Assembly (NCBI GenBank): GCA_963710605.1
Contig: CAVQBA010000001.1
Coordinates: forward strand, 1 to 64,000
Reading direction: 5' to 3'
DNA: 64,000 bases
From: an uncultured cyanobacterium
Lineage (GTDB): Bacteria; Cyanobacteriota; Cyanobacteriia; Cyanobacteriales; Cyanobacteriaceae
The position numbers and the translations under genes are program-made. Under the pieces are notes generated by a model, which saw only the letters and a list, made by a program, of their open reading frames with translations, was not told the DNA's origin and made no database searches. This document shows, one piece after another, positions 1 through 8,407 of this stretch. Every line of letters begins with the position of its first letter. Position 1 is the stretch's first letter.

Positions 1-93
1 ATCTGATACTAGTAATTTACACAACAATGATTTAAAGCACATTCATATAGTGTATATTTTACATAACAATAATTAACTTCTAAAATTATTCTA

Positions 94-1411
94 TCAGATG
101 TCTTTAAAGTTTCCTACAGATGGGTCAAAATTGACTTTACAAGTACCAGTTGAACCATTTCTATTCTTACCCACAATTATCTCCGTAACCCCTGTATCTT
201 TTGTATTTGAGTTATAGTATTCATCTCGGTAAAGAAGTAAACCTAAGTCCATATCCTGCTCTATATCCCCCGAATCTTTAATATCACCCATAGAAGGGCG
301 TTTATTGCTTTGCCCTTCAACTCCTCGGTTTATTTGGGCTAAAACGATAAAAGGAACATCAAACATTTTAGCGATGTCTTTACACGCTCCTGAATATTTA
401 CCAATAGCTTGAGATCTATTCCTGCACTTCTATCCCCTAATTTTTGGATATAATCTAATACGACTAAACCTATTTCTCCCTTTTCGGGGGCAACTGTATG
501 CCACGTAATACAGAACGCATTTTGGCAGGAGTTAATTGACTTGCAGGAGTATCATCAATAATTATTGGTAGTTGTGACACCTGCTCTAACGAAGATACTA
601 AAAGCTCATATTCTTCTTCATAAATTTGATTGTGTATCAGTCGATGAGAATCAATACCTGTGTGCATTGAAAGAAATCTTTTAGTCAACTGTTCGTGACT
701 CATCTCCGCACTAAAGATTACTACGGTTTGTGTTCTTTGGTACAATATAATTAGCAAAGTAACAACCAAGCCAACTTTTCCCCATAGATGGTATTTTTTT
801 TTAACCACAATCAAATCTTGTTTTATCAAACCGCCAATCAGTTGGTCAAGATTACTCAGTCCAGTAGAATAGGCATTCCTTGCTCCATCGCTAATTTTAC
901 CCAAGACTTCAATTAAACTATCACCAATAGATTTAGGGTCAAATCTACCTGTTTTCTTAGTAGTTATATCAAACAACTTCTGTTCGCTACTATCAAAGAC
1001 TGTTTCTAAATTGGCAGAAGTATCACTGGCTAGTTCAACTATTTCTTGTCCTGTTTGTCGCAATAAACGGCGTTGATACTTATTCATTACTAACTCAACA
1101 TAATGTTGAGCTGTTTTAGATGTTACTGTAGAATCTAATAATTGAGTTAACTTGAGAGTACCACCAACAGAATCTAAAAGATTATGGTCTTGTAACCAAG
1201 TGCTGATAGTAGTTAAATCAGTCGGTTTGTTTTGACGATATATTTCTAGAGCAAATTCATAAATCTTTTGATGAGCAGAAAGGGAAAAAGCATCGGCAGG
1301 AAGCTGTGATGCAATTAAACCGATAATTTTTGGGTCAAATAGAATACTACCAAGAATTTGTTCTTCGGCTTCTATATTTGCTAGGAGCTTATTTTGATTA
1401 ATCGTCTTCAT
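94..1411 (-). pseudogene. dnaB: DnaB-family replicative helicase (element-encoded), split by about four frameshifts; real decay or sequencing error
   Basis: N-terminal NIEAEEQILGSIL. Walker A remnant PSMGKS and VVLDYIQ in shifted frames; FSAEMS; C-terminal LAQINR..RPSMGDIKDSGDIEQDMD..GKNRNG. ORFs 470..1411 and 94..366 join into one protein. Confidence 0.85.
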
Positions 1412-2252
1412 TACGGAATAAGTTACTAAGGGCTTTTAATTTATCGTTGCTAATTAATTTTTGGTCAGAAGGAGTTGATTTACTGACTATTTGTTGATGT
1501 TCGGGTTTGGTAACTTCAGGTGTAGATGATTGGTGATTCCATCCTTCTTTAATCGCTTTGTTTAACCATCCCCCTGCGTTACTAACCTTGGACTGTGCTA
1601 ATTGTTCCTTCAAGGCAGAAATAGCTTCTAATACTTGTTGCTCTTCTGCTTGTTTGATAGTTTTTTTTAAAGTGGGATTAAGTTTAACACCTAATTCTTT
1701 TAGCTCCTTTTCAATTGAAACAGTAGAAGTTTGAGGTGGACTTGTCAAAGGAGGAACTTTAGTCATACGACTAATGGGGATAACTTTTTCTGCTATCTCT
1801 TGTTCTTTAACTTTAGTAAGTAGTCGTTCATTTTCTTTTTGTAATCTTTCTACTTGGTCTTGTAGTTGATAGACTCGATATACTTGTCCTGCAAGAGCTT
1901 CATTCTTTTTCTTTAGTTCTTTGTTTTCATTTTCTACCCGTTTGAGTCGCTCTTGTAACTTCGTGATGATTTTACCTTGGGCGGTAGAATTAGGTTTATT
2001 GAGCGGTTTAACAGGCATAGAATTTTGTTGACTACGAAGTTCTGCCACTCGTTGCTTCAACTCAGGATATTTATATAAATAACTCACACTGACTTGGGCT
2101 TCTCTGGCTACAGTGGCAAAGTTAATCTTGGCATTGATTTTGAGTAACTTTTCTATTGCTTCATGAACACGATTACGGGATTCTTCTTTTCTTTTCTCCT
2201 GAGTGGATTTAAGGGTTTCAATTAGTTGTTCTCTAATATCAAAGTCTGCCAT
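1398..2252 (-). CDS. Tn554 TnpC / DUF6262-like protein with coiled coil and extra C-terminal domain
   Basis: AIEKL..KINFATVAREAQVSVSYLY..ELKQRV HTH-like motif, then a long coiled coil; located after the recombinases. Confidence 0.75.
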   Translation of the reverse strand: MADFDIREQLIETLKSTQEKRKEESRNRVHEAIEKLLKINAKINFATVAREAQVSVSYLYKYPELKQRVAELRSQQNSMPVKPLNKPNSTAQGKIITKLQERLKRVENENKELKKKNEALAGQVYRVYQLQDQVERLQKENERLLTKVKEQEIAEKVIPISRMTKVPPLTSPPQTSTVSIEKELKELGVKLNPTLKKTIKQAEEQQVLEAISALKEQLAQSKVSNAGGWLNKAIKEGWNHQSSTPEVTKPEHQQIVSKSTPSDQKLISNDKLKALSNLFRNEDD

Positions 2253-4237
2253 TATGCTACCTCGTGTTGTAATGACTGAATAATCTTGTTAAGGGTGTCG
2301 GCTTGTCTGCCAAACTGCTCGACTAAAACATTTTGCCCATTGGCATTAGCTGTAGATTGTTTTTTCCTTAGCTCATCTCTAACTTTGATATATTGGTCAA
2401 GTTTATCGGGAGTAGCGACAAAATGATTGCAAGTATAACAAGCTCTGAACTTATGACAATCTTGGTCTAAATCCAGTCCACAATAACCATAAATGGGCGT
2501 GTTAATATGTGTTCCAGAGAGTTCTAACTTATGAGCAGTAGGATTATCCCAGAACGATTTAGGGAAGGATTCATAAGGTACTTGTTTACCTTCTGCATTA
2601 ACTAAGGCTTTTTGAATATGTCCTGCTTCTTTATTAATGAGTTCACAACTAACTTTGGTATAGTAAGTGCTAGTGGTAGCAAAATGTTTATGTCCTGCCC
2701 ATGCACTCACTACCGCTAAATCATGTCCTTGTTCAAAAAGATTAGTTAAGCGAGTAGAACGTAATATTTTGTTTATAAAGGTTGCTAGTTGTCCATTTTC
2801 ATCTCGGATGTCTAAAGTAGTAATTAGAGTTCTTATACTTTTCATTAATGGATGTGAATCATTACTTTGTACAACCTTCTTAACAGGTACTAGATTAGGT
2901 TGAGATGCTTTTGTTGAAGATAGACCGTGATAATGACAGAACAAATAATCATATTCATCCCCCCATAGATTTTTAACATAATCTAGCTGTTCTTGAACAA
3001 CTTTGGCGATAGTTCTACTAATAGGTATTTCATGGTAATCTTTATTTTTTGGTCTGTACCAACGTAGTTTCCAATATTGTCCTTCTTGTATTAAACAATC
3101 CTGTTTGAGTTGAGCTAGTTCAGATGGACGCATTGCTCCAAAATAGCAGATTAGATATATTCGAGCGATGGGGTCTGGTAAAATATGTAAATTGGCTTCT
3201 ATTTGCTCTGTAACTTTTTGTGATAGGGGATCTGGATTGCCTCGGCGACGTTTAGGATAGTCTTCATCTCGAATAATATCTTGGTCAATATCAAACCAAC
3301 CCTTAACTGTACCCACAAAGAAAAAATCTCTTAATGGAGTTAACTTGGATTTAGTAACTTTTTTCTCTTTTGATAGGTAGTCAAGAAAAACTGTACGATT
3401 AATCTGTTCAAAATCACTAATAGCAGTAGTTTGTAAGTAAATAGATAATGAGCGGAAGGCGACTAGAACATGGTTGATTGTTCCAAAAGCCTTTTCTATT
3501 TTGCATAAATGTTCGACATACTGCTTAGCTTTGTCTTTCAACCATTGTTGCTTAATCTGACTGAAGTTAGCGATGGAATGTGTTAAATTTTTTGGGTTGT
3601 AGTTGAGATTAAGGTTTCTCAAATCCCATCGCTCATCTTGCCATTGAAATGGTTTTATATGTCTGTCTTGTTGTGTGAAATAACTTAAATTTACTTGATT
3701 TAACTCAATATAATCGTATTGAGTTTTACGACAACTTCGACAACTAAATGTCTTTTTGTTTTGCTTATTAATTCCTGCAATATACATATCCATTGCATTA
3801 CATTCAGGACAAACAAAGCCTTCTATCCTATGATTCCGATACCAGACCACACCTTTATTCGTTGGGTCTTCAATGGCTTCATAACCACCTTTGATATTGC
3901 ATGAATCCTGCTGTATTTTTTGGCAGTGAGGACATCGAAATTGCCTTTTATTATTGGGTTGCTTAATTCCTCCTACTACCATTCCTAAATGATTACATTC
4001 AGGGCAGATAAACTCACCGTGATAGTCTTGTCCCCAATCAACCTGTTCATCAATCAATCTATCTGTTAAATAACGAGAACGATTGTTCAAATTAATTGAA
4101 GAAACGACTGAACCTCTGCAATTTGAGCATCGAAATTGTTGCTTACCATTATTCAGCCCCCCTAATTTCAAAGGCATTTCATTGCATTTAGGGCAGATAA
4201 ATTCTCCTTGATAGTCTTGTTTCCAATTAATTTCCAT
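2252..4237 (-). CDS. Tyrosine recombinase (Tn554 TnpB-like) with three N-terminal zinc-ribbon repeats
   Basis: GAMRPSE, KILR, AGH..TYY; C-terminal GYC..C..ACYTC motif. The ATG at 4237 overlaps the upstream stop and is a likelier start than 4270. Confidence 0.85.
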   Translation of the reverse strand: MEINWKQDYQGEFICPKCNEMPLKLGGLNNGKQQFRCSNCRGSVVSSINLNNRSRYLTDRLIDEQVDWGQDYHGEFICPECNHLGMVVGGIKQPNNKRQFRCPHCQKIQQDSCNIKGGYEAIEDPTNKGVVWYRNHRIEGFVCPECNAMDMYIAGINKQNKKTFSCRSCRKTQYDYIELNQVNLSYFTQQDRHIKPFQWQDERWDLRNLNLNYNPKNLTHSIANFSQIKQQWLKDKAKQYVEHLCKIEKAFGTINHVLVAFRSLSIYLQTTAISDFEQINRTVFLDYLSKEKKVTKSKLTPLRDFFFVGTVKGWFDIDQDIIRDEDYPKRRRGNPDPLSQKVTEQIEANLHILPDPIARIYLICYFGAMRPSELAQLKQDCLIQEGQYWKLRWYRPKNKDYHEIPISRTIAKVVQEQLDYVKNLWGDEYDYLFCHYHGLSSTKASQPNLVPVKKVVQSNDSHPLMKSIRTLITTLDIRDENGQLATFINKILRSTRLTNLFEQGHDLAVVSAWAGHKHFATTSTYYTKVSCELINKEAGHIQKALVNAEGKQVPYESFPKSFWDNPTAHKLELSGTHINTPIYGYCGLDLDQDCHKFRACYTCNHFVATPDKLDQYIKVRDELRKKQSTANANGQNVLVEQFGRQADTLNKIIQSLQHEVA

Positions 4238-5717
4238 TACTGTTGCCCTCCAACCCTTGAATACGAACAATTAATCTTTCTTTATCATCGGTAAGTCCTT
4301 TACTTTGTCTAACTAAACCCAAATTAGTAGCTATCTCCAATTCCTCATCTATTCTCTGTAAGTCTTGTTTGAGGTAGTTTAGGTCATCCGTGGAAGTGAG
4401 CCAATGTTCACATTGCCAACAAGCATTAACAGTTTGACAGGGTGATTTTAAAACAGGGCGATGACATTCCCCATAGTTCGTCGTTACCTGATACATTTTT
4501 CTTCGCATTAACTCAGTAATAACATTTTTGGGTTTATGTTCTTTTACTATCTTTCCTGTACTGTCAACGTACTTTGTACTCTGCATTAATTCCTGATACT
4601 CTTCTCCCACTACCTCCTTAAGTAAATGTTTGTAGTAGTTCTGCATATCGGGAGAACGGTGACGTAGATACTTTTGAATAATTAAGTCTCTTACTCCTGC
4701 ATTAGTCATTACCGTTGCCACAGTCTTTCTGAATTGGTGAGAACGAAAATGCCAAAGATTTCCTTCTTTTGTACAGATATTTTGTTCCTCTGCCAGTTTA
4801 TTAAGCCAACGACTAAAGCCATCTACTTTCATTATTCTAGGAGCAGGGTTATATTTTCCAAATATACCATCGTTGCTACCGAACAGATTATGATAAGTAT
4901 CACCAAAGTGTTCTCGAATAAAATCTTGTTGTTCTTTAATAACGGCTACAAGTTCTTCACAGATAGGTAATTCATCCTCTGTCTTATACTTTTCTGTCAG
5001 AAATCTCAACCGCCATTCACTCCCTCTCTTACGTAAACAGTCTAAAGGTAAATTCAGTAGTTCTCCTATGCGTAATCCTGTTGCTCGAATGATTAACACC
5101 ATTCTCTGCTTTGGTGAGGGAAGCAAATGCAAGTGTTCATCTAGCTGTTGCCATACTTCTTCGGGGATGTATTCTACTTCGTCATTCTTTGCTTGAGAAC
5201 CATGATACTTACCTTTAAACCAATAAGTATTGACATCCAACCAACCTTCTTGCCGACAAAGGTTAAAGAAGTTGATCAATGTCATATAACGTAAAGAGAT
5301 ACTTCTTTGGGATAAAGGTTTTTTTGTCTGTTTGCTTTTCGTTGAATGTAAGTAGTAATCGTATTCATCTAATAGTTGTTCATTGATATCTTCTACACTA
5401 TAAACAGACTTAGTTTTCAAAAAGATAGAGAACTCCCTCAAAGAAGCAACATCATTCTTTAGATACATTGCCGAATAATTACGTTTAGCCCGAATCAATA
5501 TGTAGAGCTTAGTCAGCAGCTTCAACCAATCTTGTTGAATTTTATCAAATCTAATAGTTAAAACTTTTTGATGTTGATTCACACTTAACCCCAAATCTTC
5601 AATGGTTCGCCAAACATCTTTTTGTAGCAAAGGATTATTTAATAACTCTCTAGCAGACTCATTCTGTTCTACTAACCATAACTCAGGTTGGCTATTCCAA
5701 TCTGGTATTGCATTCAT
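4227..5717 (-). CDS. Tyrosine recombinase (Tn554 TnpB-like)
   Basis: TGLRIGE, HQFR, LRHRSPDMQNYY catalytic set; C-terminal GEC..C..ACWQC motif. Confidence 0.9.
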   Translation of the reverse strand: MNAIPDWNSQPELWLVEQNESARELLNNPLLQKDVWRTIEDLGLSVNQHQKVLTIRFDKIQQDWLKLLTKLYILIRAKRNYSAMYLKNDVASLREFSIFLKTKSVYSVEDINEQLLDEYDYYLHSTKSKQTKKPLSQRSISLRYMTLINFFNLCRQEGWLDVNTYWFKGKYHGSQAKNDEVEYIPEEVWQQLDEHLHLLPSPKQRMVLIIRATGLRIGELLNLPLDCLRKRGSEWRLRFLTEKYKTEDELPICEELVAVIKEQQDFIREHFGDTYHNLFGSNDGIFGKYNPAPRIMKVDGFSRWLNKLAEEQNICTKEGNLWHFRSHQFRKTVATVMTNAGVRDLIIQKYLRHRSPDMQNYYKHLLKEVVGEEYQELMQSTKYVDSTGKIVKEHKPKNVITELMRRKMYQVTTNYGECHRPVLKSPCQTVNACWQCEHWLTSTDDLNYLKQDLQRIDEELEIATNLGLVRQSKGLTDDKERLIVRIQGLEGNSNGN

Positions 5718-6799
5718 TCTTCTTCCTCCTGTTCGATTACTCTTCGTAAGTCTGCTTCTTCAATCACATGAGAATACACATCTAACGTCGTTTGAATACT
5801 GGCGTGTCCTAATAAATATTTGACTCTATCAGGAGAATAACCTGCTTTGAGCAAACGAGTGGCATAAGTATGACGAAATAAATGGGCATAAACCTTGATT
5901 CCCGTTTTTTGGGATAATCGAGTAAACATGACACTCAAAACATCAGGACTGATGGGCTTACCTATTTCTCCTTCCCAAATATTGATAAATACGTACTCTG
6001 ACTCTATTTCAGGATATTCATAAAGCAGATAATCGTTGTACATTTGGATTAGCTCTGGTATGACAGGAATCGTTCGTTCTTGCCCTTTAGCCAAAGCACC
6101 ATTTGGGTTATCTTTTCTTTTTACTACTTTAATGTAGTTTTCTCCAAAATCACTCACATCCTCATGTTTTAGACCTAGTATTTCTCCTTTACGCATTCCC
6201 GTACCATTAAGCATAAGGATAATCAACTTGTCTCTTAAACGATTACAGGCATTGACCAATACTTCTACCTGCTCATCTGTTAAGCATCCTGCAAACTTTT
6301 TCTTGCCTTTGAGCTTAACTAATTTTTGACGAACGGGCTTAGTTTTAGCAATACCTGTGAGTAGTCCTTTACTACTTCTGTTTGTGATGCCATAGGGTAA
6401 ATGAAATCTGTCGAACTGTTTGAAGTCCACAGTCTTGTTGGCAATATGATATTCGTAAAACTGTGTTACCCCCGTAATCATACGATTAACGGTACTTTCA
6501 CTTCTAATGGCTTCTATTCCTTGTAGATTGATGACAGCTTTATCTCCAACTCTGAGCCAGTGAGCATAGTTTTCTAAATCGGAGACATTTACTTCCCTCC
6601 AATCCAAACATTGTTGTTGAAGAAAAAGCCACCAGTATCTTAAATCGTGTCCATAAGATTTGATGGTATTAGGTGATTTGGTTGTAGTCATAAACGTCAA
6701 AAAACGTTGTATTGGTTCGACAATTTGATAGTCCTCATCAAACATCAACCAAACTGGTTCGTTTGTAACGGGATCTATTCCCTTTTGCAAAGACAACAT
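5714..6799 (-). CDS. Tyrosine recombinase (Tn554 TnpA-like)
   Basis: SPNTIKSYGHDL, GMRKGE, HLFRHTYAT, LLGHASIQTTLDVYSH. Confidence 0.9.
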   Translation of the reverse strand: MLSLQKGIDPVTNEPVWLMFDEDYQIVEPIQRFLTFMTTTKSPNTIKSYGHDLRYWWLFLQQQCLDWREVNVSDLENYAHWLRVGDKAVINLQGIEAIRSESTVNRMITGVTQFYEYHIANKTVDFKQFDRFHLPYGITNRSSKGLLTGIAKTKPVRQKLVKLKGKKKFAGCLTDEQVEVLVNACNRLRDKLIILMLNGTGMRKGEILGLKHEDVSDFGENYIKVVKRKDNPNGALAKGQERTIPVIPELIQMYNDYLLYEYPEIESEYVFINIWEGEIGKPISPDVLSVMFTRLSQKTGIKVYAHLFRHTYATRLLKAGYSPDRVKYLLGHASIQTTLDVYSHVIEEADLRRVIEQEEEE

Positions 6800-6904
6800 A
6801 AACTTTACACAATGAAGAAATATATGTATAAGCTTAACATGTTATTAGGTAAAAAAAAGGGGTCTTTGTTGTTGTTGTTTATTATTAAATATTTGTATTG
6901 TATA

Positions 6905-7528
6905 ACCCATATCTAACCCAATCATTTTCTTTGTTTGAGGTAGTTCTGGGGTTATATCTCTTACGTCTAGCTTCAAGCAAAACTGAGAATAATAGCCGTC
7001 GCTTCTCCTAACAATACGGACTCTTTGTATTTGGAATTCTTGGAAATAAAATAAATCTCTCGAACCAATTAACTTTAGAGTACCGATATTGTTACCGTCT
7101 GTGAAGGTTATTCTTTTGTTGTCTCTATCTAACTTCCATCCTGACTTTTTCAACTCGATACTTCGTGTTCGCTTAGAAAACTGAGGATAACCCGCTTGGT
7201 GCGCGTTCCCTTGCGCCTGTCGGCGGCGCGGGGTCGCATCCGCTTTCTTCCCTTTTATGTCTTTTTTACAATTATCATAAAATTTGGCAATTGCCGACCA
7301 TGCTCTTTCTCCAGCTTGTTGACACGCTGTTGAATTTAATTGTTTGACAAAAGAAAACTCTTTTCTCAAATCTGTAGTATGACGATAAATATCTTTTTTG
7401 CCTACTCCTCTTAAGTCCATCCATAAACGAATACATTTATTACGCACGAACTTTACGGTACGAATACCTTCGTCGATTGCTTTAAATTGTTCTGGCTTTC
7501 CTTTTAATTTGTATTCTAATAAAAACAT
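6905..7528 (-). pseudogene. tnpB: IS605-family RNA-guided nuclease TnpB, truncated at RuvC-I (IGLDMG), with a 17-codon in-frame insert
   Basis: EYKLKGK..AIDEGIRT..FVRNKC..LNSTACQ..ERAW..GYPQF..ELKKSGWKL..GTLKLIG..VRIVRRSDGYY..IGLDMG. The following codons (YTIQIFNNKQQQQ...) are non-homologous read-through. Confidence 0.9.
7193..7243 (-). repeat. ~50-bp GC-rich structured dispersed repeat (SDR-like) inserted in frame in tnpB
   Basis: Aligns with the copies at 33396 and 48705; separates KGKK from GYP. Confidence 0.75.
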
Positions 7529-7621
7529 TTTACGCTTTTAACTACCGCATAAAACATTTTACCATACAGTTAGAAAAGTCGTCTTGAAAGACGAGGCTTT
7601 ATACCCAAAAGTTTTGGTAAA

Positions 7622-7924
7622 ATAAGTCAAACGCACGTCTTTCGTAAGCTAGGCAATGCTAATGGTATATCTGCTGGTATTCCTGATAGCTTACGTTGTA
7701 AGTCTTTAGGACACTCTGAAGCGATTAATCGCAAACATTATCAAACGTGGAGTCATCAAACGACTATTGATTTATTTAAAAACGCTAAACGTCAACCTAT
7801 TGATTTACAATCGTCCTTAAAACTAGCTAAAGCACCCGATAGCAACGTCAGTAAAAATCAAGTGTACGAACTTATTGCGAATATCTATCAGATTGATTAC
7901 GACGAGCTTATTAAGCTACTCTAA
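7622..7924 (+). pseudogene. C-terminal ~100 codons of a tyrosine integrase (island integrase), 5' part separated by the IS
   Basis: Manual translation ISQTHVFRKLG..CKSLGHSEAINRKHY..LIKLL* shows H-x-x-R, LGH and catalytic Y; begins directly at the IS TTAC target. Confidence 0.8.
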
Positions 7925-8238
7925 ATTACTTCTGTCAGAAATTAAAGGTGAGGTCGTTATCAATAGCTATAATGATAATAGTTAGTTAAAAATAAAATAT
8001 TAAATTTTAGTCAGCTTGACTTAGAGGTCATCTTTGATGTGTGAGAAATAGCAGAATAAAATTTAATTAAAGCATAATCGCTCTCTATTGTGCCAGTTCA
8101 GAAAGTGTCATATTGTAGGTTGACGTTGTACTTTTTGATTAAGTGTTCTACACTAGAATGAGTAAGTTTTGAGTAATTGCTACTAATTTTAAGTGTTGTA
8201 AGGGATAAAATACCATACGACGCTAGGAGTAGGGGCAA

Positions 8239-8312
8239 CGAGTGCGAAGGGAATCGAACCCCCGACAACCAGAACCGGAATCTGGTGCTCTATCCGACTG
8301 AGCTACGCACCC
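8239..8312 (-). tRNA. trnR-CCG: tRNA-Arg(CCG), CCA not encoded
   Basis: GGGTGCG/CGCACTC acceptor stem, GCTC/GAGC D arm, CCAGA-TTCCGGT-TCTGG anticodon arm, GGTTCGATTCC T arm. Confidence 0.97.
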
Positions 8313-8407
8313 AACTAATTAATAAGATAGCATTGATAATTGACAATTGACAAATAAAAATTGAAAAAAATTGAAAGTTGAAAAGAACTTTTATTGAACT
8401 AAACAAT

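Larger units (their letters stand above)
1..6904 (-). mobile_element. Tn554-like tyrosine-recombinase element (tnpA-tnpB1-tnpB2-tnpC-dnaB); far end at or beyond the window start
   Basis: Five overlapping co-oriented genes. IS605-type TnpB homology stops abruptly at ~6904, ~105 bp upstream of the first recombinase. TTTACAYAA motifs occur at both ends. Confidence 0.75.
6905..7616 (-). mobile_element. Left part of an IS200/IS605-family (IS1341-type, tnpB-only) element
   Basis: On the minus strand TTAC target (7617-7620), then CAAAACTTTTGGG, then subterminal hairpin AAAG-CC-TCGTCTT-TC-AAGACGA-CTTT (7575-7600), then tnpB with no tnpA between. Confidence 0.8.

Noticed and set aside
94-1411. The housekeeping chromosomal dnaB
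   Set aside because: Overlaps tnpC inside a CGATCG-poor mobile region, has divergent motifs, and is frameshifted.
1398-6799. Prophage or plain RIT element
   Set aside because: No phage structural genes; the TnpC-like gene and C-terminal Cys motifs fit Tn554-type better than RitABC.
2667-6916. Short + strand ORFs (2667, 3719, 4734, 5602, 6707)
   Set aside because: Antisense shadows of the recombinase genes with no recognisable motifs.
6845-7528. ORF as an intact TnpB/Cas12f nuclease or CAST effector
   Set aside because: Truncated at RuvC-I; the last ~19 residues are read-through into the inserted element; no CRISPR array or tns genes.
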